This document shows, one piece after another, positions 17,253 through 27,676 of a stretch of DNA of 31,078 nucleotides; position 1 is the stretch's first letter; each line of letters opens with the position of its first letter. Below the pieces are notes generated by a model. The model saw nothing but the letters and a program-made list of their open reading frames with translations, was not told the origin of the DNA and did no database searches. The stretch is from Opitutales bacterium. GTDB lineage: Bacteria > Verrucomicrobiota > Verrucomicrobiia > Opitutales > JABSRG01. The stretch covers positions 1 through 31,078 of the forward strand of contig JBMYOQ010000052.1 in assembly GCA_049599475.1 (NCBI GenBank). The letters are read 5' to 3'. A program made the position numbers and the translations under genes.

Positions 17253-20192
17253 CTAGTTGATTTTCGATTGAATCTGGTAGCTCCCTGAGCCGAGTTGAAT
17301 CACCGCGTAATCATCTTTAAAACGCTTCTCTAAAACGCCTTCAGCGTCAATCGGGCTCGCTCCATTCACTCGCAACCCTGCGGACTCGGAAGCAGACGGA
17401 ATAAATACCTGAGCCGTGGTGTTGGCTGGCACCACTACTTCCTGAATAAGACGCTCACCATTGAGTTTCCAATTGCTGACTATTCGCCCGTAGGGTGAGT
17501 CGTAGTGGGCGTCTACCCAGGTCACATCGCCCACGACATCGGGCTTGATAATAAATTTCTTAAACCCAGGTCCCGAAGGATCGGCCTGGATCCCTCCCAA
17601 GCCCTGGTAGAGCCAGTTATTCGCCGATGGGAAGCATGAGTGAATATGCGACCAGTAGCCGTTCCACTGCTCCCACACTGTGGTCGCGCCCTGCTCCAAC
17701 ATGTATCCCCAGCTCGGATACGTCGTTTTATTAAACATTGTGAATGCCAAATCACTACGCCCGATCTCACGAAGATACTCGAACATCAGATAGGTGCCCA
17801 AAAGCCCCGTATCGAGGTGCCCTTTTCGCGTAACGAGAATATTATGCTCCAAATTACTTAGGACCTGCGCACGCAGATTCTCCGGCACGACCCCGGTCAT
17901 CAGAGGTAAAATGTAATATGCCTGCTGATCATACACATATGTGCCGGTTTCGGGATCGTAGAACTTCTCATGAATGAGCGGACGAATGCGCTCAATGACT
18001 TTCTCATACTTGGTGACTTCTTCTGCTTTCCCGAGGGCTTGAGCCATCTTGATATAAAGCTGTAAGTGGTAGATCCGGTAACAATTATTAAATACTTCGC
18101 GCGCCTCGTGGCTCGGCATATTTTTGCTGTCCATACCTCGACCAGGCGCCACCCAGTCGCCGATGAAACTAAAGCGCCCCACTTTTCCATTCAAAATATC
18201 GCCATTTTTCGCGCTCACCGATTCCATATGCTCCACGTACTTTCGAACGACATCGAAACTCTCCTCAAGCACTCGCGTATCTCCGTAATAGAGGTAATGG
18301 CGCCATGCAACCGCCGCGACAAATCCGCCCCAGGCGGGTCCACCGCCCCCAAACCCTTGAGGCGCCGTATTCGGCAAACTTCCATCCGAGCGCTGAACGT
18401 CCTTCCAGTCCATTAACCATTTTCGATAAAATCCATCCGCGCGAAAACTGGTCAAAAAGCCCTCCACCGGAGTCTGGCCGTCTCCCCCGTAGCCTTTACG
18501 TTCCCGGTGTGGGCAGTCGACCATGTAGCTGCCCAAGTTTAAACAGCGTTGCGTCCACTCGTTGAGGGTGAAAATGCGGTTCAACAACTCATTCGAAGAT
18601 TCAAAACTACCCACTTTTTCCAAATCGGTATCGATGAGCATTGCGGCTAGGTCTTTCGGATCTGGCGGCGTTTGTAAGCCTTCGATAATGACATATTGGA
18701 AGGCCGCGTAATTGAACTGGTGCTGAAATACTTCTCCTGCCTTACCCGCTGATATAAAGTGGCTCACTTGCCCGAAGGTCTGATAGCCCTCGCCCCTCTG
18801 ACGTTTATTTCCCTTACTATCCGCGAAGGTCATGGTGACTTTATCCCCAGCGTTTAGCTGTGGCATCTTCATGCGAAACCAGCCGGTAAGGTTGGTTCCG
18901 AAGTCGACCTCGAAGCCTTCATCGATCGGGGTAATGGAAATAGGCGTAATCGGATCTCCGATACGGTTGAGCGGACTGGGTTGGCTTAAAACTTGACCGG
19001 AAAATCCCGATGTCTCGGCTGCAGGCATCCATCCTTCTCGGGAGCTCCCGACTGCGCTCCAATCGGGTATCAATCTGCGTGCATCCACGAGTTCACCCCC
19101 GAAGAAGTCATCGTCCGTGGTATATCGCCCACTATCCCGTGTGAGCCAGCTCTTATCCGTTCCTAATGTGAGCGGCACTCCAGCGATCACCGCATCCAGT
19201 TGCGCGCGAATCTTCAGGAGATTCGCAAAGGGGCCTTGCCAGTGCCCCACCCACAGGCCGACGCAATTAGTTCCTTTTTTCAAATACGGCTTGATGTCAT
19301 AAGTAATGGCAAAAGTACGTTTACCACTCGCCGACTGCGCCGGTGTGAGGACATCATCTCCCACTTTCTGGCCATTCACATAGACTTCAAAATATGCAGC
19401 AGCATTGACGGTGATTCGCGCAGTCTCTGGCGCGGCTGCCAAGTCGATCTCTTTGCGAAAGTGAGGAGCCGCTTTGCCGTATCGACTCTCACCGGAAAAA
19501 TCGACTCTGCGTTTCGGACGCACCAGGAGCTTCATCGGTTTACCCTCAAATTTATACTCTAGGGCTAAGCTATTTTTGCGGGATTTGTTTCCCTGATTGA
19601 ACACTTTGGGCCCCACAGTGATTGCCTTCTTCTGAGCCACAAGTTCCGCAACGCGTTCCGTGACATCGACACCCGCTTTTCCCGTTCCATAAGTTGCCTG
19701 GATAATCTCGATACTCTCGGGTTCTGGAGCCTTTCGCTCCGGGGCCTCGATCCATTTTGCAGACCAGTCAGCAGGGTCTAAATATCCCATTACCCACTGT
19801 GCGGGCACACTCCACTCACCCGCATTGCCGTCTTTATCCCAGACTTGAACTTTCCAGAAGCAAGTCATTCGAGAACTCAGTGGCTCGCCCGAATACAAGA
19901 TATGTTGGCTTTGATCGGTCTCTACTTTCCCGGAGTCCCACAGATCGCCCTTATTATTCGCCAAAAGTGTTTCTGTACTCGCAACTAGAATACGATAGGC
20001 AGTCTGCCTCTCCCCGTGCTTATCGGACTCCATGCGCCAACTGAGTTGGGGCCGCGACGCGTCGATCCCAATGGGATTAATTACATATTCACAACGGAGG
20101 TCTACTGTCTTAGCTGCATAGGCCTGAAAGACTGCCACGGCACAAAAAACAAGGATTCTGAATAGATATCTGGGTAGATTAACACTTCTCAT
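17253..20192 (-). CDS. Alpha-L-rhamnosidase, GH78
   Basis: LRCEY..NPIGID..RPQLSW, DLWDSGKV, VDFGTNLTGW, VDCPHRERKGYGGD and SWGYMLEQGATTVWEQW, plus a signal peptide. Confidence 0.93.
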   Translation of the reverse strand: MRSVNLPRYLFRILVFCAVAVFQAYAAKTVDLRCEYVINPIGIDASRPQLSWRMESDKHGERQTAYRILVASTETLLANNKGDLWDSGKVETDQSQHILYSGEPLSSRMTCFWKVQVWDKDGNAGEWSVPAQWVMGYLDPADWSAKWIEAPERKAPEPESIEIIQATYGTGKAGVDVTERVAELVAQKKAITVGPKVFNQGNKSRKNSLALEYKFEGKPMKLLVRPKRRVDFSGESRYGKAAPHFRKEIDLAAAPETARITVNAAAYFEVYVNGQKVGDDVLTPAQSASGKRTFAITYDIKPYLKKGTNCVGLWVGHWQGPFANLLKIRAQLDAVIAGVPLTLGTDKSWLTRDSGRYTTDDDFFGGELVDARRLIPDWSAVGSSREGWMPAAETSGFSGQVLSQPSPLNRIGDPITPISITPIDEGFEVDFGTNLTGWFRMKMPQLNAGDKVTMTFADSKGNKRQRGEGYQTFGQVSHFISAGKAGEVFQHQFNYAAFQYVIIEGLQTPPDPKDLAAMLIDTDLEKVGSFESSNELLNRIFTLNEWTQRCLNLGSYMVDCPHRERKGYGGDGQTPVEGFLTSFRADGFYRKWLMDWKDVQRSDGSLPNTAPQGFGGGGPAWGGFVAAVAWRHYLYYGDTRVLEESFDVVRKYVEHMESVSAKNGDILNGKVGRFSFIGDWVAPGRGMDSKNMPSHEAREVFNNCYRIYHLQLYIKMAQALGKAEEVTKYEKVIERIRPLIHEKFYDPETGTYVYDQQAYYILPLMTGVVPENLRAQVLSNLEHNILVTRKGHLDTGLLGTYLMFEYLREIGRSDLAFTMFNKTTYPSWGYMLEQGATTVWEQWNGYWSHIHSCFPSANNWLYQGLGGIQADPSGPGFKKFIIKPDVVGDVTWVDAHYDSPYGRIVSNWKLNGERLIQEVVVPANTTAQVFIPSASESAGLRVNGASPIDAEGVLEKRFKDDYAVIQLGSGSYQIQSKIN

Positions 20193-20219
20193 TAGTGGTG
20201 ATTGAGTTTGAGGAAGATG

Positions 20220-23009
20220 CTATTTAAGGAGGCTTACCGGACCGATCAGGCCCGAGGGAAGTAATTGTGATTTTGGTTTAAACCACGGAGGGTTCGCAGG
20301 AACGATATCGCAGACCCATTCTGCCTCGGGCACTTTTTTATCACCGATCAGACGGTTTACCCATGTGTTGACGACCGTCACTTCCAATTCATTGGTGCCC
20401 GATCGAAGCTGCTCAGTGATTTCGATTTTAAAGGGGGCCCGCCACATGGAACCAACAGACTTTCCATTCAACGAAACAAGCGCCACGTCCCCCACGTCGC
20501 CCAGGTCCAAGAAGACACGACCAGCCGGACTATCTGGGTAATCGAAGACTCTTCGATAAGTAGCCTCACCACTAAAGTGTCGCACACCGAAGTCTGAATG
20601 CTCGCTCAAGGAAGCAAGTTCGCTCATGGTAATACTCTCAGGAGCCCCGCGCCCTGCCTCAAATGAGACCTCCCAAGAACCCGAGAGAGGAATCACCGTC
20701 TGCTCACTCATCGCCATATGGGGCAGACCCGCGGGCTTCTTTCGAAAAACGACAAAGCGTGAACCCTGGTCTTCGAGCTCGATGCTAATATGCGTGCGCC
20801 CATCCCTCTCCTCAAATTCAGTGATGTCTGTCATATCTCCGGTCGAAGGGTCAAAAAACTGGGGATACATACCATGGACTCGGAAGGAGCAATCGATGAG
20901 TGCTCCCTCTCCAGCAGTGGCGATAAAATAGATTTCTCCATCCGGTAAAATACGGTGCACGAAGTTGATCATACTCTTGCGCTGGGGCGCCGTGTAAGTG
21001 AAATCTGGTTGCAACTTGAGCTCCTCGAGCGCTTGTTTGATCGAAATATCGCGGATTTTTCCACTGTCCCACAAAGAATCGGCCAGGCGCTTTACTTCAG
21101 CATCAGATTGCGGATAATTCGTAAGACCTGGAGCTCGTATCGGCTTGGGCCCTACAATAGTGGCTCCTTTCTCGACAAACTCAGCGAGCTTTTCGAGGAT
21201 GCGCGGAGACATTTCCTGTTTGTCCGCGAGGAGGAGAACCGCATATGAGGCGCCGTTGGGCAGCACAATCCTGCCGTCTTTTACGTCCATGCGTTCGAGC
21301 ACAACTGTATTATCGCAATGGTCCGCGCGGTAACCGAGAGGCAGCCCTTTTAACGGCAACTCCAGGTATCCTTCGCTATAGGTATCCTCATGCCCGACGT
21401 AGCGAATGACGTCTGCTGCAAAAACGCCTTGTTGCATCAGGAAAGATCCGCGAGAGAGATAATCGATCAGACTTCTTGCATAAGGCCACCAAGTATTGCC
21501 TCTGTGGAAATTCATTCCGTTCAATGAATGTGTCCAACCCGGCTTCTCGTCTCCGGGCTGGTGTGTGGACGTGTGCATGACAAAACGATTGGTGCCCCGG
21601 ATCCAGGCGTAGTCAGCCTTAGGCTTTATCATGGCGGGCGTATAACTAAAATCCCCCTTACCCGCGCCTATCGTGAAAGCTTCGTCTTTGATGATGGGCT
21701 TGCCGTAAACGTGCCCTGCAGTAGCTGCATATCCTGTATAGATGCGCCCATGGATATTCTTCCCCTTATTTCCAGCGAATTGGTCTGTCATCCACACTTC
21801 ATTCATCGGCACGTCGATCACTCCGTATTGGCGAATCGGGCTACCAAACATTTGATGCCAACCGTACAGCACTTCAGCATGAAGCTCCATGCCATGTTCG
21901 TGAAGCCGGTCGCGCACATGCGTGTAATATTCTTCTATGACAAGATCATCGAGTGTCACCCGAAAATCCGTCAAGAAACGGTTCGACTCTTCGATGCTGT
22001 TGACCGGTATTTTTGCGAGAACGGGTAAATAGGGCGTTGGGTCGTAGCCGCGGCGCTTTTCGAATTCTTCCGCAAATCCTGCAGTCCAAGACTGGTAGCC
22101 ACATTCCCAGCTATCAATCAAGACATGTTTCAGGGTGCTTCCAGCTCGATCTCCGGCCTGCTCGATGAGCTTTCCCACATAATTGTCGAATACGAGGTCA
22201 ATCGCTTCACGGTTTAGCTTGTTTGCTTCAAACCCCGTTCCCTCTGGAGATGCCGGGTGATTTTTCTTGGGATGCAAAGCGTCATAGAAAGCCAATACAA
22301 CCCAGTCGCCAGAAGGCGGTGTCCATTTGATTTTATTGCCTTGTGCTAAATCTGAAATGTCGACAAATTCCCCGAGTTCGATGGGGGCAGTCTGGGCCCC
22401 TTGCTTAGTAACGTAAGGATTATGAGGATTGATTATTGGTAATGATCTTTTCTGTTTCCCCTTCTTTTTCTTATCCGAATCTTCTACCTTAAGCGACCCA
22501 GGATAGGCCAGAACACGGATCGTCTTTGATGGAAGCTCCATCGTATGCTCTGTTCCACCCGCGACACGATGAACCACGTATTTGACCCGCCGCATCGCGT
22601 TTTCGGCATTTACCCAGGGACCTCCCGTTTGACTGAAGCCATCACAAATCTGCAACCCCAGGGTAAGGCCCAGGCGCTCGCATTCATCGAGGGTGTGCTG
22701 AATCAGATCCTGATACTCCTGACTCATGAAACGCACGGGGCCCTTGGGAGTAACCCGTGTAGCAGGCTTGCGCAGCCACGCGTTGTGAAATTGAGTAACA
22801 CCGGCAATACCCAGCGCTTGCAGTTGTTCCAGATCCTTGGTGATCCCGTATTCGGTAATATTACCATACATCCAATGCCACCACACTTGAGGGCGCGCAT
22901 CGCGAGGCGGATTTGCAAAGCCTTCCGCAAGCGGATCCGAAGCAAATGTCACCTTGGCAAAGCCAAGCAACACTATGAGTAACAACTGCCGGGTGGAGAT
23001 TGAGATCAT
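20220..23009 (-). CDS. Alpha-L-rhamnosidase, GH106
   Basis: FANPP.DARPQVWWHWM.GNIT..GITKDLE, GGPWV, IDSWE and EAFT. C-terminal beta domain with LDLGDV and VVNTWVNRLIGD...PSGLIGPV. Confidence 0.9.
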   Translation of the reverse strand: MISISTRQLLLIVLLGFAKVTFASDPLAEGFANPPRDARPQVWWHWMYGNITEYGITKDLEQLQALGIAGVTQFHNAWLRKPATRVTPKGPVRFMSQEYQDLIQHTLDECERLGLTLGLQICDGFSQTGGPWVNAENAMRRVKYVVHRVAGGTEHTMELPSKTIRVLAYPGSLKVEDSDKKKKGKQKRSLPIINPHNPYVTKQGAQTAPIELGEFVDISDLAQGNKIKWTPPSGDWVVLAFYDALHPKKNHPASPEGTGFEANKLNREAIDLVFDNYVGKLIEQAGDRAGSTLKHVLIDSWECGYQSWTAGFAEEFEKRRGYDPTPYLPVLAKIPVNSIEESNRFLTDFRVTLDDLVIEEYYTHVRDRLHEHGMELHAEVLYGWHQMFGSPIRQYGVIDVPMNEVWMTDQFAGNKGKNIHGRIYTGYAATAGHVYGKPIIKDEAFTIGAGKGDFSYTPAMIKPKADYAWIRGTNRFVMHTSTHQPGDEKPGWTHSLNGMNFHRGNTWWPYARSLIDYLSRGSFLMQQGVFAADVIRYVGHEDTYSEGYLELPLKGLPLGYRADHCDNTVVLERMDVKDGRIVLPNGASYAVLLLADKQEMSPRILEKLAEFVEKGATIVGPKPIRAPGLTNYPQSDAEVKRLADSLWDSGKIRDISIKQALEELKLQPDFTYTAPQRKSMINFVHRILPDGEIYFIATAGEGALIDCSFRVHGMYPQFFDPSTGDMTDITEFEERDGRTHISIELEDQGSRFVVFRKKPAGLPHMAMSEQTVIPLSGSWEVSFEAGRGAPESITMSELASLSEHSDFGVRHFSGEATYRRVFDYPDSPAGRVFLDLGDVGDVALVSLNGKSVGSMWRAPFKIEITEQLRSGTNELEVTVVNTWVNRLIGDKKVPEAEWVCDIVPANPPWFKPKSQLLPSGLIGPVSLLK

Positions 23010-23037
23010 GGTAATTTAGAGGAAAAGATAGGGTGAC

Positions 23038-24477
23038 TCACTGGGCTCTATTGTAGGCCTTATGCCCAGTGGACCCTTTACCGAGAATCGGGTGAAAATC
23101 CTCAGGGTAAAACGCGCGGTGTTCCGCAATGACATCGGCCCACTCGGGCTCTTTAATCAAATTGTGCCACTCGTGGGGATCATTCCAGTGGTCATAGAAT
23201 TCCTCTGATCCGTCCTTGTAGCGAATATAACGGAAGCGCTCGGAGCGAATACTTACATTTCCCAGACCAAAACTGGAACGTGCAATGTGCGGCCATTCTG
23301 TATTGGGATTCTCTAAAAGCGGCACCAAAGAGTCTCCCTCTAGGGACGGGTCTGCTGCCATACCTGCTAGCTCCAGAAGTGTCGGATAAATATCCAAGAG
23401 CTCGACTGGTTTTTCGCATAATTGACCACCCGCAATACCGGGTCCTGCGATAATCATCGGGACGTGCGTGGAGTCTTCCCACAAAGAGCGCTTAGCCCAA
23501 CGCTCTTTCTCACCTAGGTGAAAGCCATGGTCAGAAAAAAGCACTACATAGGTGTTACTTGCCGCGTCGCTGTTTTCTAGAGCATCGAGGACTTTTCCGA
23601 CCTTGTGATCTACAAAACTGACGCTCGCCAGGTAGGACTGTACGAGGGCCTCCCATTCTTCGTTTTCCAAGACCCAGTCGTGTTCAGGCGCTACAGTCAC
23701 ACCCAACATGAGCGCGCGAGCATAGGGAGATATATCCGCGAGGTCATTTTCCATGACAGCCGGAAGCTGAAGGCTCTCAGCGGGATACATATCAAACCAC
23801 TGCTGCGGCGCATATTGAGGCACATGCGGTCGATAAAACCCAACACCCATGAAAAAGGGTTTTTCACGATCTCGCGAAAGGCGTTCTTCGGCCCAACTCG
23901 CGATCCTTTGATCTGGGGTGCCTTCATCAGATTCCGGAAACACTCCCCAATCCCAGAGCTTCACGCCTTTAAACGGGCTTAGCTTCTTCTTTGGGTAGGG
24001 GCCGAATCCACCATGAGAGCCTCCGTATTCATCAAAATACTTCGAGTTCTCCTTAGAGTGAAACAGCTTACCCACCGCTGACACTTCGTAGCCTTCTTTG
24101 CTAAAGCGAACCGGCATCATGGTATGCCCCTTGGATTTGGGAGAATTCGCAAAGCTCGGACTCAGAAAATAGACACCCGTCGTCTCCGGATACAGCGAAG
24201 ACATCAAACTCGCGCGCGATGGATTACACACCGGCGATTGACAATGGGCATTGGCGAAAAGCATTCCCTTTGCTGCGAGGCGGTCGATATTAGGCGTTTG
24301 AGCCTGCGGGTGCCCATTGAGCCCACCGACCCAGTCGTTCAAATCGTCGACCGCAATCAAAAGCACGTTGGGCGCTTCCGCTAGGGGCTTCTCAGCAACG
24401 AGCGTGGAGCCCGCCGTTCCTAAGCAGCCAAGCAATAGCCAGGTGGAGAGTCTTTGAAGAAAAAGGGGGCTTTGCAT
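23038..24477 (-). CDS. Secreted S1-family sulfatase (iduronate-2-/choline-sulfatase-like)
   Basis: PNVLLIAVDDLNDW, canonical CNPSRAS, GKLFH, GFYRPHVP and SDHGFHLGEK. Confidence 0.93.
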   Translation of the reverse strand: MQSPLFLQRLSTWLLLGCLGTAGSTLVAEKPLAEAPNVLLIAVDDLNDWVGGLNGHPQAQTPNIDRLAAKGMLFANAHCQSPVCNPSRASLMSSLYPETTGVYFLSPSFANSPKSKGHTMMPVRFSKEGYEVSAVGKLFHSKENSKYFDEYGGSHGGFGPYPKKKLSPFKGVKLWDWGVFPESDEGTPDQRIASWAEERLSRDREKPFFMGVGFYRPHVPQYAPQQWFDMYPAESLQLPAVMENDLADISPYARALMLGVTVAPEHDWVLENEEWEALVQSYLASVSFVDHKVGKVLDALENSDAASNTYVVLFSDHGFHLGEKERWAKRSLWEDSTHVPMIIAGPGIAGGQLCEKPVELLDIYPTLLELAGMAADPSLEGDSLVPLLENPNTEWPHIARSSFGLGNVSIRSERFRYIRYKDGSEEFYDHWNDPHEWHNLIKEPEWADVIAEHRAFYPEDFHPILGKGSTGHKAYNRAQ

Positions 24478-24518
24478 GAGTCTATCGGTATTTTACGACA
24501 CGCGGTCTCTGTTCTTCA

Positions 24519-25757
24519 TTATCGACCGTTTAAAACTTCAGCTTCATAGCTTTTGACAATAGACAGCCATTCAGCCTCGGTCGGTGTGTTCTGTCGCACA
24601 CAGAATTCCTCCCAGACCTCTCCAAAGGGCATGGTCTTCATCTGCTCGAGAAGCGCCAGTCGGGCTGTGTAGTCGCCCTCGAGTTCCACCGCCTTGAGCG
24701 ATTCCATAGGCTGCAATAGCGCCAACAGGAGCGACTTCTGGGCGGCACGCGTCCCAATCACCCAAGCTGCTATCCGGTTGATACTCGCATCGAAGAAGTC
24801 TAGGCCAATGTGGGTCCGCGCAAGCGCGTGGCAACGCACGAGCTCTTCGAGAATCGCCTTAGTCGGATCATCGACGATCACCACGTGGTCACTATCCCAA
24901 CGCACCCCGCGGCTTACATGTAGCAAAAGCCGAGGAACAAAGGGTAGCACCGCGCTCACTTTGTCCGCTATGGATTCTGTAGGGTGGAAGTGGCCCGCAT
25001 CGAGACACAGAGCCACTTGTTTCTTCGTAGCATAGCCCAAATAAAATTCATGGGAACCGACTACGTAGCTTTCCGAGCCGATTCCGAATAGCTTTGATTC
25101 TACGGCATCAATTAAATGATCGTCGCTGAGTCTGTTTTGAAAAAGTGTATCGAGACTTTGGCGCAGTCTTTCACGTGGAGCTAAGCGATCCGCAGGCAAG
25201 TCTTTCATACCGTCTGGGATCCAGATATTGTTCACTACAGGGCTGCCCAACTGTCTGCCTGCTTCGGCAGCGATCTCCCGAGAGGCTTGGCAGTGCGCGA
25301 TCCAAAAGTCGCGAACTCCTGGGTCTGCATGGCTCAATGTAAACCCATCATCTGCCTTGGGATGAGCGAAACAGGTCGGGTTGAAATCCATTCCTAGACC
25401 ATTGCTTTTACACCAATCGATCCAGCTCTGAAAATGCTCTATGCCCATGGCGTCGCGCTCAACTCGAGCGCCTTGAAAGTCCCCATATATGGCATGCAGG
25501 TTAATGCGGTGCGCGCCCGGTATGAGGGAAAGTGCTTTTTCCAAGTCTTGCCTCAGCTCGTCAATATTTCGCGCCTTACCCGGGTAGTTTCCCGTCACCG
25601 CCAAACCACTACCGAGCTCGCCATCGGGATTTTCAAAACCGCCAACATCATCCCCCTGCCAGCAATGAAGGGAGATCGGAGTATTGGCCAAGGTATCCAA
25701 GGCCTGCTCTACATCGACGCCGAGGGCCGCGTACTTCTCTTTGCAATAGTCGTACAT
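24519..25757 (-). CDS. rhaA: L-rhamnose isomerase
   Basis: [61 protein letters not shown] and [11 protein letters not shown]. Confidence 0.97.
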   Translation of the reverse strand: MYDYCKEKYAALGVDVEQALDTLANTPISLHCWQGDDVGGFENPDGELGSGLAVTGNYPGKARNIDELRQDLEKALSLIPGAHRINLHAIYGDFQGARVERDAMGIEHFQSWIDWCKSNGLGMDFNPTCFAHPKADDGFTLSHADPGVRDFWIAHCQASREIAAEAGRQLGSPVVNNIWIPDGMKDLPADRLAPRERLRQSLDTLFQNRLSDDHLIDAVESKLFGIGSESYVVGSHEFYLGYATKKQVALCLDAGHFHPTESIADKVSAVLPFVPRLLLHVSRGVRWDSDHVVIVDDPTKAILEELVRCHALARTHIGLDFFDASINRIAAWVIGTRAAQKSLLLALLQPMESLKAVELEGDYTARLALLEQMKTMPFGEVWEEFCVRQNTPTEAEWLSIVKSYEAEVLNGR

Positions 25758-25787
25758 AAAAGTGGGATGTTGAATGTTGAGGGGATT

Positions 25788-25982
25788 CTAGGCTTCTGAA
25801 TCGCTCGAATCGGCCTGCATACGCCCCAACCAGGGTAAGGCACAGGCAAACCATAGGACCATTCCCACTGTCATCAGTTGAAAGGTCGTCTCTATGGGCA
25901 AATCGCTAAACAGGTGAAGACTGGGAGGAAGGATGGTAAGCGCTAGGCCAGTCAGGGCGATGATGGGTAAAAGCTTCTTCAT
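25788..25982 (-). CDS. Small two-TM membrane protein (64 aa)
   Basis: MKKLLPIIALTGLALTILPP...LMTVGMVLWFACALPWL. It starts 4 nt after the permease stop and ends 30 nt before rhaA. Confidence 0.7.
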   Translation of the reverse strand: MKKLLPIIALTGLALTILPPSLHLFSDLPIETTFQLMTVGMVLWFACALPWLGRMQADSSDSEA

Positions 25983-25986
25983 GGGA

Positions 25987-27339
25987 CTACGGAGTGTTGT
26001 AAAACAGTTTGCTGAATAAGGTGTGAAGGAGACCCGTAGCGATCCAGCAGGGCAGAACACAGAACCAAGAATCCACTCCTAGAATCTTAATACAATACGT
26101 CGCGATCGACACGGGGATCAGCCACGCGAGTAAAACAGAAGGATTGAATCCGGAGCGAAGCTTCTCGGCCGCAAACTGCTGAAAACCCGCTTTCTTCGCA
26201 AAATACCAGTCGGCCACAATCACCGCTCCCATAGGCGCAAGGACAGTCCCATAAAAGCCGACAAATCCCAATAGCTTCCACGCGAAGGCAGGGAACACTC
26301 CAGCAATCGTAGCCACGCCGCCAGCGACCAGAGTCATCGTAGTGCGCGACGAGCCGGGAACCATCGCCTGAAAGGCCAAACCGGCCCGGTAGATTGTGGG
26401 GTTTGCCGTGGTCCATCCAGCGACGACCACGCAGACAATTCCTGCCAGTCCCGCCACATTTGCGGCCATCGGACCCGGCACCGGGTTGGTGTCGCCGGTA
26501 GCTTGAATCTGGGCTGCGAGCATAAAGGCCGCGGCGATCCATGCCATATAATGGCCCACATACATGCCACCGGCCGCGGCCCAGCCTGAGGAGGCCTTTC
26601 GCGCATAGCGGAAGACCGAAAGGTCTGCCATGCCTATGTGCATTGCCGAATTACAGAACCAGGCAAACAAGGCGATCGACCAAAAGCCCATTGTGCTCTC
26701 GGACTCGCCACCTTGAGCCGTCGTGATCGATGCATTCCACACCGTGTTCAGGCTATCCCAATCGGCAGCCCCGATCTGCTTGAGCGCCACCATTCCACAG
26801 CCGAGAAATACTAGGACCATCCAAGGCGACGCTACATTGGCAAAGCGCGCAACAAGATCATACCCTCGAGCCGCCACGATCGCGATCACCGAGCCGACCA
26901 AAAGAACGATCACAACGAAGGCCAGATTGTTCGGGTACACCGAATCAATCGTTGGCATATCGATATTGAATGGGATCCCGACGGCTGTTGCCGATACGGT
27001 GATCATCGCTCCAGCTAGGAAGCAAAACAGCACACCATTCGCGAGATTGTAGAGCTTTACCAACTTACCTCCGGCAATTTTTTCCAGTTGGTAATAGAGG
27101 GTAATTCTGGACTTCACCGCTATCGGCGCACACAGAAAACGCCAACTCAGCACCGCCAAAAGATTTCCAACGAACAGCCCCAGAAACACATCTTTGAGAG
27201 CCACCCCACTCAGGAGGAAAAGCGGGCCTATCATAAACTCCGTCCCAGCGGCGTGTTCTCCTGAGTACATGCCCCAGAACTTTCCAGCCCCCTTCTGGGC
27301 TGACTGCGGCACCGGCGCTCTTTCATACTCGTTACTCAT
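25987..27339 (-). CDS. NCS1/cytosine-permease-like transporter
   Basis: About 12 hydrophobic helices, with EYER.PV, GEHAAGTEF, HIGMADLSVFRYA and AGWTTANPTIYRAGLA motifs. It is the first gene of the rhaA operon. Confidence 0.8.
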   Translation of the reverse strand: MSNEYERAPVPQSAQKGAGKFWGMYSGEHAAGTEFMIGPLFLLSGVALKDVFLGLFVGNLLAVLSWRFLCAPIAVKSRITLYYQLEKIAGGKLVKLYNLANGVLFCFLAGAMITVSATAVGIPFNIDMPTIDSVYPNNLAFVVIVLLVGSVIAIVAARGYDLVARFANVASPWMVLVFLGCGMVALKQIGAADWDSLNTVWNASITTAQGGESESTMGFWSIALFAWFCNSAMHIGMADLSVFRYARKASSGWAAAGGMYVGHYMAWIAAAFMLAAQIQATGDTNPVPGPMAANVAGLAGIVCVVVAGWTTANPTIYRAGLAFQAMVPGSSRTTMTLVAGGVATIAGVFPAFAWKLLGFVGFYGTVLAPMGAVIVADWYFAKKAGFQQFAAEKLRSGFNPSVLLAWLIPVSIATYCIKILGVDSWFCVLPCWIATGLLHTLFSKLFYNTP

Positions 27340-27385
27340 AGGGGTCGTTCGAACTTACCAGGCAGGCCTTAAAAAATAAATGCAC

Positions 27386-27395
27386 TAAACGTTTA
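27386..27395. promoter_or_regulatory. Candidate LacI-type operator
   Basis: Palindrome TAAACGTTTA with a central CG, about 46 nt upstream of the permease start. Confidence 0.35.
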
Positions 27396-27676
27396 ATCCG
27401 CACTCGAATAAAACTCAAAAAAACCTGAAACTTTGCCGATACACAGAGTCGCCACAATACTATTCACACAGGAACTGAAGCGCAATTCCCACCAAATTCA
27501 GGCTTTATCGGCTTTCAGTCTCGCACACCCAAAGATGTACAAAATGATTATTTCACATTCTTCAAAATGCGCACACCCGTACGCCCAGAGAACCTCTACA
27601 GGTTTTCGAAGTATTTAAAATACTGGCGATAACAGGACCGTGGGGCCAGATCCAGCAACCCAGATCCGCGGACAAA

